IMG/VR virus record: IMGVR_UViG_3300032038_000283
Location: 1-37,695 of that record
Source of the DNA: a virus
Length of the DNA: 37,695 nucleotides
Direction: 5' to 3' (one strand)
The notes beneath the pieces are model-generated. The model worked only from the letters and a program-made list of their open reading frames with translations. It was not told the DNA's origin and did not search any database. Of this stretch, positions 1 to 7,087 are shown one piece after another. A program made the position numbers and the translations under genes. Every line of letters begins with the position of its first letter. Position 1 is the stretch's first letter.

Positions 1-161
1 CTGAACTCGCAAGCTGTGCTCCATCGCCTGAACTCGCAAGCTTTGCTCCATCGCCTGAACTCGCAAGCTGTGCGTAATTGCCTGAACTCGCAAGCTGTGC
101 TCCATCGCCTGAACTCGCAAGCTTTGCTCCATCGCCTGAACTCGCAAGCTTTGCTCCATCG
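1..161 (-). repeat. 27-bp in-frame tandem repeat array (6 units at this edge; same array as 37470-37695)
   Basis: The unit CCTGAACTCGCAAGCT(G/T)TGC(TCCATC/GTAATC/GTAATT)G repeats head-to-tail with an exact 27-nt period. On the minus strand it reads as nonapeptides [D/N][G/Y]A[Q/K]LASSG. Confidence 0.95.
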
Positions 162-499
162 CCTGTTAACACTTTGCCATCGCTCTTTTCAAACGCAAAA
201 TCTATAGCCGCTTTTACAAACGCCGATAACGACAATTTAAAACCTATTTTTAATTTTTTTGTGCAATACTTTTTGTTGTCATCTGTTTGGCACTCGTCCA
301 GCGCTTCAACTTCTGCGACCTCAACTACATTCCCATTACTATCAACCAATGGGTAATAGTCTAACACGTCAAGTGGGTTTTCGCAAAAATGCATTCCACT
401 CCGACATATAACCGCTTCTTGTTCCTCGAACACTGTGTTTTCTTTGTACTGTTTACCTCTGCAAATCATGCCTTTCCCAAACGCTTTAAAACCTTTCAT
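1..499 (-). CDS. N-terminal part of the nonapeptide-repeat phage protein. It runs off the window start and continues at 37632 once the 63-nt end overlap is removed.
   Basis: ATG at 499 follows GGAGAAAGGAAAAG. Translation is MKGFKAFGKGMICRGKQYKENTVFEEQEAVICRSGMHFCENPLDVLDYYPL...KSDGKVLTG, then the DGAKLASSG repeats. This frame is absent from the ORF track because it has no stop inside the window edge. 499 nt + 368 nt = 867 nt = 289 codons, so it is in frame across the junction. Confidence 0.8.
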   Translation of the reverse strand, partial: MKGFKAFGKGMICRGKQYKENTVFEEQEAVICRSGMHFCENPLDVLDYYPLVDSNGNVVEVAEVEALDECQTDDNKKYCTKKLKIGFKLSLSAFVKAAIDFAFEKSDGKVLTGDGAKLASSGDGAKLASSGDGAQLASSGNYAQLASSGDGAKLASSGDGAQLASS

Positions 500-569
500 A
501 ACTTTTCCTTTCTCCCCGTGTTGCCGATAGGTCAGCCAAAATAAATTGATATTGATACGGCCCCTTTTA

Positions 570-740
570 TCAAAAAATGCCATACAAATCGGGGTCGTAC
601 CCACCGTTTTCAAACGCTTCTTCCGCTTCTTCCGGTGTTTCAAACTCTGCGACCGTTTCGATTGCGTCGTTTGCAAAGATTGTGTCCCAGTCCCAACCCT
701 CTTCGAGTGCCTTTTGGTTTGCTTTATAAATGGTGCTCAT
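570..740 (-). CDS. 56-aa strongly acidic small protein (15 D/E, 2 K), function unknown
   Basis: Not in the track because it is under 60 aa. ATG at 740 follows GGAGGCGGCAATT. Translation: MSTIYKANQKALEEGWDWDTIFANDAIETVAEFETPEEAEEAFENGGYDPDLYGIF. Confidence 0.6.
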   Translation of the reverse strand: MSTIYKANQKALEEGWDWDTIFANDAIETVAEFETPEEAEEAFENGGYDPDLYGIF

Positions 741-762
741 AATTGCCGCCTCCTCTTGATAA

Positions 763-1008
763 TTAAAATCTGTACTTGCTTAAAAATGTGTTAACGCAAT
801 CAATAACAACGTTGCGGTCAAACTTGCTCTCGCAAATATACTCGGGGGTTTCCCCTGCTACATCAATATAGCCTGCGCTATGTCCTTTGCTACCGTATGT
901 AACATAAACACGATCTTTTCCGTATTTTGTCCACCTTGAAAACGTTACATCTGATCTACCCTCAGTGTTGCTCATTGTCAATCTACCTTTAAATAATGTC
1001 TTTGTCAT
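763..1008 (-). CDS. hypothetical early protein (81 aa; the start may be the internal ATG)
   Basis: First ORF downstream of the near-consensus promoter at 1059-1087. An AAAGGA SD precedes it. Confidence 0.6.
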   Translation of the reverse strand: MTKTLFKGRLTMSNTEGRSDVTFSRWTKYGKDRVYVTYGSKGHSAGYIDVAGETPEYICESKFDRNVVIDCVNTFLSKYRF

Positions 1009-1058
1009 TTTTCATTATCCTTTCTTTTTGAGGTTTCCCCTCTCTTTATTACATCTAT

Positions 1059-1087
1059 ATTATAACCCTATGTGACACATTTGGCAA
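1059..1087 (-). promoter_or_regulatory. sigma-70/sigA-type promoter TTGCCA-17-TATAAT for early operon 1
   Basis: The minus strand reads TTGCCA aatgtgtcacatagggt TATAAT. It lies just downstream of the terminator at 1124-1152. Confidence 0.7.
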
Positions 1088-1123
1088 TAGTTTTTTTAAA
1101 AATTTTTTGAATTTTTTTCATAC

Positions 1124-1152
1124 AAAAAAGGCAGGTGCTTGACCTGCCTTTT
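1124..1152 (-). terminator. rho-independent terminator ending the late/accessory transcription unit
   Basis: Minus-strand GGCAGGU-caagc-ACCUGCC is followed by UUUUUU. It sits immediately after the stop codon at 1156. Confidence 0.8.
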
Positions 1153-1155
1153 CGT

Positions 1156-1464
1156 TCATTCAAATCGCCGTAATGTATTGGCGTATAACTGTGGATTCAA
1201 AGCTTTTAATGCTTCCATCAGCTCGTCTAAAACGCTGATCACCTTGTTTATGTCGTGCCCTTTGATTTTCTGTAAAAATTCGCTGCTCCCAAATTCTGTA
1301 TTTGTGATTTGAAATTGTGTGCTAATGCCATTTTTGAAATCTTCTTCCGGGTATAGCGAATTGAGCAAAATGTAAAATGTAGCAAGCTTTTGACATTTGG
1401 AATAAGTATCTGGTAGCCTTGATACCTCATCAATAGCTTCGAATAATTCTTCTTTTGTCGGCAT
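1156..1464 (-). CDS. hypothetical protein (102 aa), last gene of the post-lysin cassette
   Basis: The ORF is coupled to the upstream gene by a TAATG overlap. Confidence 0.6.
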   Translation of the reverse strand: MPTKEELFEAIDEVSRLPDTYSKCQKLATFYILLNSLYPEEDFKNGISTQFQITNTEFGSSEFLQKIKGHDINKVISVLDELMEALKALNPQLYANTLRRFE

Positions 1465-1892
1465 TATTTCTCGGCGTTGTTTTTCAACATCTCTGCCGCC
1501 TGCCTGAGCACTGACCTTTCGGTTTCGTTCTCGGCGTACTGCATTAACTCTTTGATTTCCTCTGCCATATCCTTTTTAGCTTCATCACGTGAATAACGGT
1601 AGGAATAGTCACGAGAATAACCGCCGCCACGGTTGCCGCCACGGTTACTGTAATTACCGCCGCTTTCTCGGCTGTATCTGCCGCGGCTGTCCCTTCTTGC
1701 ATAGCTCATACCGTCGGCGTATGAGTAATCGCCGTTCTCCATCTCCATAAGGATGGTTGCTTTATATAGACCGCTGATTGCTTCTTTTGCAAGTCTGAGG
1801 TCATCGGCACCGAATCTCTGCTTGCCCTCTACAATCTCCGCAAGCGCTTCGCAGAACTTTTCTTTAGCTTCCTCGTATAATCTATAGCTCAT
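1464..1892 (-). CDS. RGG/Tyr/Ser-rich low-complexity protein flanked by helical ends, function unknown
   Basis: ATG at 1892 lies 6 nt after GAGGTG; the track start at 1901 is a GTG. The central tract reads RRDSRGRYSRESGGNYSNRGGNRGGGYSRDYSYRYSRD. Confidence 0.6.
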   Translation of the reverse strand: MSYRLYEEAKEKFCEALAEIVEGKQRFGADDLRLAKEAISGLYKATILMEMENGDYSYADGMSYARRDSRGRYSRESGGNYSNRGGNRGGGYSRDYSYRYSRDEAKKDMAEEIKELMQYAENETERSVLRQAAEMLKNNAEK

Positions 1893-1907
1893 TTTCTTCA
1901 CCTCGCT

Positions 1908-2387
1908 TTAAGCAATTCTCGTCACGGTTAAGTTGGCATTTTGAACCAAAATGGTGGGTGCTGGCGTGGTGGTAGGTGTTGCGCTTTCGGATGTGTTCTC
2001 GACCGAGATGTTAAAGCAACAGCCCTTGGGAACTGTTATGATTGCAGTTGATGTAACATTCCCAAAACCGACACTTGTAGCAGGGTCTTCCGCTGTAACT
2101 GTGGGCTGATAGATTGCTTTACTTGTCAGAATAGGCTCCCCATCAACAGCTATTGCTACAGACAAAGGCGCTCCAACCGTGCCGCCGTTTGGGAGGGCAA
2201 TGTTGCCGTTAAATGTGACCTGATAGCGTGCAAAGCAGTTATTGCCGCAGACCTTACCTCTCAATACCAGAATACCGCTTTGTTCTCTGTGGTATACAAA
2301 CCCTTTGTTGCACGGAATTACAGTGTTTAAAATGACGGGAGCGCCCGCATTCACGCTCTGTGCAGGGTTATAGGCATATTCAGCCAT
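1908..2387 (-). CDS. Cys-containing beta-sandwich protein resembling the BclA C-terminal / C1q-TNF-like domain (tentative)
   Basis: An AAGGAGG SD precedes it. The alternating hydrophobic beta pattern (YQVTFNGNIALP...LSVAIAVDGEPI...NISVENTS...ANLTVTRIA) resembles exosporium BclA-CTD-type jelly rolls. Confidence 0.4.
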   Translation of the reverse strand: MAEYAYNPAQSVNAGAPVILNTVIPCNKGFVYHREQSGILVLRGKVCGNNCFARYQVTFNGNIALPNGGTVGAPLSVAIAVDGEPILTSKAIYQPTVTAEDPATSVGFGNVTSTAIITVPKGCCFNISVENTSESATPTTTPAPTILVQNANLTVTRIA

Positions 2388-2399
2388 TCTGTTACCTCC

Positions 2400-3212
2400 T
2401 TAACCTACACCACAGCCGCAATTACAACCGCAATTGTTCTGCGTAGGGCAACAGTTAGGATTCTGAACTACATACGCAGGAATCGGCGCAGGGTTCAGAT
2501 ACTGCTCAAGCGCCTGAGTCTGTGCCGCATTGTTGGCAAGAATCTGAGCAGTCTGCGCGGTCTGAGAAGCCGCAAGATTCTGCATGTTGAGCTGTGTTCT
2601 GAGATTTGCGATTGTCTCATTTTTAGCGTCAATTTCCTGCTGACAAAGCTTATCAAGGATTGCCTGTGTCTGTGCTGTGTTGCTTGCTATGATGTCTCGA
2701 ACACCATCGGAAAGCGCCTGGCGGTCTGCGCAGTTCTCGGTTGCCACTGTGTACTTCAAATCTGCAATAGCCTGTTTGGTATCACAGCAACACTGCTGGC
2801 GGTTCATCTCATTCTGCATGAGTGTAGACTGCAAGAGGTTTACGCCATTGTTAATAGTGCCCGTAACACCGTTAAAGCCCTGCATTGCGCCGATCTGTGA
2901 CTGTGTAATCGCATTCTGCAAAGTGGCGGTCTGGTTGCACTGTCCCGTTGTCAAGTTATTGATTCCTGACATAATTGCAGACTGGTCAAAACCTCTCTGA
3001 ATGTCAGCATTCGTACCGATGTAGGGAATGGCGCCACCGTTGCCGCCATTACCGCCCCAGCCACCGTTATTCCAACCGTTGTTTGCGGCAAAAAGAAACA
3101 GTACGAGCAGCCACCATGCGCCGCTGCCGTCGCCAAATCCTCCGTCATTTCTGTTGTTGCCTGTCACTGCGGCAATGTCCGCAGGTGTCATGCCTTCGCT
3201 TGTGATTGACAT
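2400..3212 (-). CDS. membrane-anchored Gly/Asn/Trp-, Gln- and Cys-rich protein, function unknown
   Basis: An AAAGGAG SD precedes it. The N-terminus reads GGFGDGSGAWWLLVLFLFAANNGWNNGGWGGNGGNGG (a TM helix in a G/N/W context). It has a Q-rich coiled region with a CCC motif, and the C-terminus reads NPNCCPTQNNCGCNCGCGVG. Confidence 0.6.
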   Translation of the reverse strand: MSITSEGMTPADIAAVTGNNRNDGGFGDGSGAWWLLVLFLFAANNGWNNGGWGGNGGNGGAIPYIGTNADIQRGFDQSAIMSGINNLTTGQCNQTATLQNAITQSQIGAMQGFNGVTGTINNGVNLLQSTLMQNEMNRQQCCCDTKQAIADLKYTVATENCADRQALSDGVRDIIASNTAQTQAILDKLCQQEIDAKNETIANLRTQLNMQNLAASQTAQTAQILANNAAQTQALEQYLNPAPIPAYVVQNPNCCPTQNNCGCNCGCGVG

Positions 3213-3264
3213 ATGTTTTCTCCTTTAAAAATTTATTTTTCAAAACCTCGCGAGTTGTTTTGAC

Positions 3265-3492
3265 TTATTTTATAAGGCTCTGGAACTGTTGAGCCATTTG
3301 CTGATACTGGTTAAACTGAGCTTGTGTCATTTGTCCGTTGTTCAACATTTTCATTACCTCGGCTTTCGGGTCGCCATTAAAATTTTGCCGAAATTGCTGA
3401 AACTGTTTCAACATTGCCATTGCGTTCCCCATCGGCGTATTAATCGGCATTTGTGCCGAATTGTTCAGCAAATTAAACAGAGGATTTGGCAT
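3265..3492 (-). CDS. Q/N/M-rich 75-aa protein, function unknown
   Basis: AAGGAGAAG SD. It overlaps the upstream gene by 20 nt. Confidence 0.55.
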   Translation of the reverse strand: MPNPLFNLLNNSAQMPINTPMGNAMAMLKQFQQFRQNFNGDPKAEVMKMLNNGQMTQAQFNQYQQMAQQFQSLIK

Positions 3493-3895
3493 TCGTTTTC
3501 TTCTCCTTTGTGGTAGTCTTAATCATTGATTTGATTTCTTCGAGCTTTTCTTCGAATTCTGCATGCGTGACAAAATTCTGCTCAGGCTGTTGTACTGGCA
3601 CCGGGTTTGCATTGCGCTCTGAATAATCAAAAATCCTCAGCGGTTGCGGCATTCCTGCATTATCTGCGGTTTTGATATAAAATGCGCTTTGTTCGCTGTC
3701 CATGAGCAACACCGATTGATTTGGCGCTACGGGATACCCTTTAGCCGCCTGTTCACCCTGTACCCAAATTATACCATTGCTTTGAGGTTGTGCCTGCTGA
3801 GGTGCATTTTGCTGGAATTGTGGAATAGTCTGTTGATACTGTGGTAAAATCGCAGGTTGATATCCTTGCGGAAACATATAGTTGTTATATGCCAT
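3473..3895 (-). CDS. protein with a Q/P/Y-rich N-terminal low-complexity region, function unknown
   Basis: AAAGGTGA SD. N-terminus: MAYNNYMFPQGYQPAILPQYQQTIPQFQQNAPQQAQPQ. Confidence 0.6.
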   Translation of the reverse strand: MAYNNYMFPQGYQPAILPQYQQTIPQFQQNAPQQAQPQSNGIIWVQGEQAAKGYPVAPNQSVLLMDSEQSAFYIKTADNAGMPQPLRIFDYSERNANPVPVQQPEQNFVTHAEFEEKLEEIKSMIKTTTKEKKTNAKSSV

Positions 3896-3898
3896 ATT

Positions 3899-4276
3899 TT
3901 AATCACCTTTCTTAAAAGCATAAATCGGGACTTCACCACCTGAGTCCCACGTGTCGTAGTAGTCGCCGTTAATAACGCAAACTGCGTGGTGTTCTGTACC
4001 AAGTACAAATGTACCGTTTGGGTTATCTTTGCAGAAATCCTTGATTCTGTAGCAAAGGGGGCAAGTATTTGGTATAGAAATATACTCATAATTTCTATCA
4101 TTCAGAAATCTGCCCCATACATTATTCCGTATTGGCAAATCAGCATAAATTAAACCATATATAGATAAGTCAAGATAGATCTTATCCCAGCTTGCGTTTT
4201 CAGCTATAGCGATAGCCCTTATTACACAATCGTCGGTTCTCAGGTGGTACGGATTCGGGTTACATTTAATAAACAT
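3899..4276 (-). CDS. conserved-looking phage hypothetical protein (125 aa); a Cys17...His pattern is present
   Basis: Uninterrupted ORF directly after the endolysin. It contains DDCVIRAIAIA...HHAVCVINGDYYDTWDSG. A papain-like fold is only a guess. Confidence 0.55.
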   Translation of the reverse strand: MFIKCNPNPYHLRTDDCVIRAIAIAENASWDKIYLDLSIYGLIYADLPIRNNVWGRFLNDRNYEYISIPNTCPLCYRIKDFCKDNPNGTFVLGTEHHAVCVINGDYYDTWDSGGEVPIYAFKKGD

Positions 4277-4316
4277 CTTATTTGTATTCTCTTAAAGTAT
4301 AAATATACTTTACATT

Positions 4317-5933
4317 TTACCCCGTGAGTTCTTCAAAAGTTGCTTTACCGGCTATGCCGTCAACAATCAAGCCGCGCACTGTCTGGAAAGTTTTGACCGA
4401 TTCCTCGGTTCTGCCGCCGAAGTCGCCGTCGAAGCCTCCCGTGTCGTACCCCATGCAGATTAAAAAGCCCTGCAGCACCTTGACATAATCGCCGTAGGCT
4501 CCGCGCTCGAGGTTGACCACAGCTTTTCTCGTCAATCTTCCGTAGATGCCGTCGACCTCCAGATCAGCGCCGTAATCGCGGTTGAGGACAGTCTGCAGCG
4601 CCATGACAAGAGCCGCTCGCGTCTGAGGACCGTACACACCGTCGATGTAGATGTCAAAGCCGAAATGACTGTTGAGCCACTGCTGGATTTCATAGACGTT
4701 TTTATCGCCGTAGACTGCGTCGGTGACGGTCGCCGCGGTGTCCTCTTCCCCGCCGTCTGCGTATGCAGGGCGGCAGCAGGCTGAAATGAAGGAACGGCTG
4801 CGCGTCTTGGTCTGGAAATCGTCGCACTCAATGCCGCCGTTGTTAGCTCCGACGGAGAGGATAGTTTCGTCAAACACCTTGAGGACCATTTCGACGTGGT
4901 CAAATGATTTGTAACCGAGATCGCGCAGCGGCTGTACAGACGTCCTGTTTCCGCTCCATGAGAATATAACGAGGTCGCCGGGCTTGACTTCATCGGGACG
5001 ATGCAGCTGTCCCGCGTTGTAGAAATTGCGAGCGAGAGAGCCGCAGTCCGCGACCTTGCCGCCGGGTATCAGATCAAGGGCATCGAGCTTGTAGAAAAGA
5101 TAGAACATACCCGCGCAGCAGCACGCAACCTTGTTGATATCGGTATCAAAGCCGCCGTACCATACCATGATGTCGCACTTGTCGGGATCCTCGTCCTTCC
5201 CTACCAAATTACGCGCGCCGCTCATTGCCTGAGCTGCAGTCAGACCGTGCCCGACTGTAGGCTCGCCGCCCCAGCCGTTGAAGCCTCCGTCCTTGATAAT
5301 AGTCGGATAATCCTTGTAGCAGAGGTTTTTGTCTATGACTCCAACGCCCGGGATAGAATTCGACTCAATAAGGTTGATTTCACCGCCGTACTGCCACATG
5401 CAGAGATTATCGCCCTTGTAGCCGCAGGAGCGTGCCCAGTGAGCGAACCACATATCGTAGTTCTGAGAAACAGCTTCGGAGATGTAATTCTCGACCTCCT
5501 CAAAGCCCGTGTACAGCATGGGATAATATCCTGCATCTTTGATACCCTTGAGAAAAATGCGGCAAACTTTGTCAATGTTCTGAAAATTCCAGCCGCCGTG
5601 TCTCTGATGATACCCGTCAGCGTCCTCGATATCCAGTGCAACCGGCAGCAGTGGCTTCTTTCCCTTGAGCAGTCTGAGAATATGCGCCAGCTCACTGCGT
5701 GCCGAAGCGTCGGAACAGGCATAGGAATAGAAGTAAGCGCCCCACGGCACGCCTGCAGCCTCGCACTTGCGGACGTTTTCTTCCCAGCGCGTGTCGTCCT
5801 GTTCGGTGGTGTCCTCGCCGAAGCCGGCGCGGATCATGACGAAATCATAACCCGCGTCCTTGATTTTTTCAATGCTGATCTTGCCGTTGTTGGAGCTGAT
5901 GTCAACGCCCTTGCGGTTCCTGAGGTTAATCAT
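4317..5933 (-). CDS. modular endolysin: GH25 muramidase + CHAP/NlpC-like domain + 2 PG_binding_1 repeats
   Basis: The N-terminus GVDISSNNGKISIEKIKDAGYDFVMIRAGFG is GH25-like. A mid Cys...His module follows. The C-terminal repeats are VYGPQTRAALVMALQ and FGGRTEESVKTFQ. The start overlaps the end of the holin gene. Confidence 0.85.
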   Translation of the reverse strand: MINLRNRKGVDISSNNGKISIEKIKDAGYDFVMIRAGFGEDTTEQDDTRWEENVRKCEAAGVPWGAYFYSYACSDASARSELAHILRLLKGKKPLLPVALDIEDADGYHQRHGGWNFQNIDKVCRIFLKGIKDAGYYPMLYTGFEEVENYISEAVSQNYDMWFAHWARSCGYKGDNLCMWQYGGEINLIESNSIPGVGVIDKNLCYKDYPTIIKDGGFNGWGGEPTVGHGLTAAQAMSGARNLVGKDEDPDKCDIMVWYGGFDTDINKVACCCAGMFYLFYKLDALDLIPGGKVADCGSLARNFYNAGQLHRPDEVKPGDLVIFSWSGNRTSVQPLRDLGYKSFDHVEMVLKVFDETILSVGANNGGIECDDFQTKTRSRSFISACCRPAYADGGEEDTAATVTDAVYGDKNVYEIQQWLNSHFGFDIYIDGVYGPQTRAALVMALQTVLNRDYGADLEVDGIYGRLTRKAVVNLERGAYGDYVKVLQGFLICMGYDTGGFDGDFGGRTEESVKTFQTVRGLIVDGIAGKATFEELTG

Positions 5934-6381
5934 CTTTATCTCCTGTTTTGGCTTCGACGCCGTCCTTGATTTTGTGAATTGACCTGCGGAGAAAATCGGG
6001 AATCGGCACGCCGAGCTCGCCGAGGTTCTCGAGAATAGATATCAGCTCGTTGACGATCAGCCATATGACGATGATCATAGCAAAGCAGTAATTTATCTGT
6101 ATCTCGATACCGACGTGCACAAGCGCCGAGGAAATCAGGTAATCGACAACCATACCGACGGCGACGAGAGCGAGGTACCCGACCTTTTTGGCGATGCCCA
6201 TAATGCCGATGCTGCTTGACAACTCGCCCGACTTCTTCGCCGAAGCCATGCCGGATATGTAGTCCGTCACCATGACGAACACGAGCACGACGATGGGGAT
6301 CATGAGCGCGTTAAAGTATGCCGCGATAACGCCGAGGGCGGTTATGATTGTGAGTTTTAGCATAGAGATTGATTCGTTCAT
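5926..6381 (-). CDS. holin (phage_holin_4 / TcdE-like, multi-TM)
   Basis: 151 aa with several hydrophobic helices. It lies immediately upstream of the endolysin and overlaps it. Confidence 0.8.
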   Translation of the reverse strand: MNESISMLKLTIITALGVIAAYFNALMIPIVVLVFVMVTDYISGMASAKKSGELSSSIGIMGIAKKVGYLALVAVGMVVDYLISSALVHVGIEIQINYCFAMIIVIWLIVNELISILENLGELGVPIPDFLRRSIHKIKDGVEAKTGDKDD

Positions 6382-6396
6382 TTTTGATTTTCCTTT

Positions 6397-6795
6397 CTAA
6401 TTAATATTCGTCCAGCCGTAAACACCCGGCTCCCAGACGTTGCTGTCTGCTTTCGATATCCACCTCAGTCCGTTATGCGTGACCTTGTCGCCCTTCTTGT
6501 ACGCGTCATGCGCTCCTGTGGGCTGTACCCATTCGGGGCATTCCTCGACCGAAACGCGAACGAACAGCGCGGGCACCTTGTCGGGCGTCCAGCCCTCTTG
6601 TGTGGTATGCGGCTGAATGCACTTGTAAATGTCCTCGCCGTAGCGGTATATCTTGTCCTTTTCGGCGTTAATTCCGGCACGCCAAAACTCAAACGCCGCC
6701 TTGTTGTCAATCAGCGTTTCGTCGCTTTGGTTCACCGCAAAGGTATCAATCGCCTTGCGAATTTCTTCGGCTTCTTTCATGTAAGGGTTACTCAT
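6397..6795 (-). CDS. protein with a C-terminal carbohydrate-binding (CBM5/12-like) motif
   Basis: YKKGDKVTHNGLRWISKADSNVWEPGVYGW resembles the chitin/carbohydrate-binding aromatic motif. Confidence 0.45.
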   Translation of the reverse strand: MSNPYMKEAEEIRKAIDTFAVNQSDETLIDNKAAFEFWRAGINAEKDKIYRYGEDIYKCIQPHTTQEGWTPDKVPALFVRVSVEECPEWVQPTGAHDAYKKGDKVTHNGLRWISKADSNVWEPGVYGWTNIN

Positions 6796-7087
6796 TTCCG
6801 TCGCTCCTTCCTGTCAAGTAATCATAGGCTTCTGCTTTTTGCTCCGTCACTTCGTCAATCGGTGCGGGTTCGCCCTCTGCCGGAATATCCGTTTCCGTGT
6901 AGGTGTACGGTGTGCCCCCAACGTCAATCGCTTCGTCATATAATGTGTCGGTTTGGTCTTGACGGATTTTGAATTGTGGTTTATTCCATTCATCATCGGT
7001 CTTTGTATTTGGAACGGCAAATCTGAATAATTCAATTCCGTCAGAACGTGTCGTGTAATAAACGCCTGTTACTTTATCACCTGCCAT
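6788..7087 (-). CDS. hypothetical protein (99 aa)
   Basis: ORF coupled to both neighbours. Confidence 0.55.
   Translation of the reverse strand: MAGDKVTGVYYTTRSDGIELFRFAVPNTKTDDEWNKPQFKIRQDQTDTLYDEAIDVGGTPYTYTETDIPAEGEPAPIDEVTEQKAEAYDYLTGRSDGNE

Noticed and set aside
1-161. The regular 27-bp arrays at both window ends could be mistaken for a CRISPR array or phage att/cos repeats.
   Set aside because: There are no unique spacers and the period is contiguous. The array is an uninterrupted reading frame joining clear N- and C-terminal protein domains. The end duplication is exactly 63 nt, consistent with circular assembly overlap.
3769-4101. A 110-aa minus-strand ORF overlapping both 3473-3895 and 3899-4276. 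The nested ORFs at 1248-1433, 2951-3148, 4532-4993, 5333-5722 and 6465-6710 are similar cases.
   Set aside because: They are alternative frames within stronger genes. They lack SD sequences, and their translations are compositionally aberrant.
5001-5969. A 322-aa plus-strand ORF, and similar long plus-strand ORFs at 6475-6972, 17777-18547, 26215-26772 and 27167-27688.
   Set aside because: They lie antisense to well-supported minus-strand genes (endolysin, chaperones/MTP, terL/terS, methylase). They lack SD sequences, and their translations are low-complexity Ala/Arg/Ser/Leu-rich shadows typical of the opposite strand of real genes.
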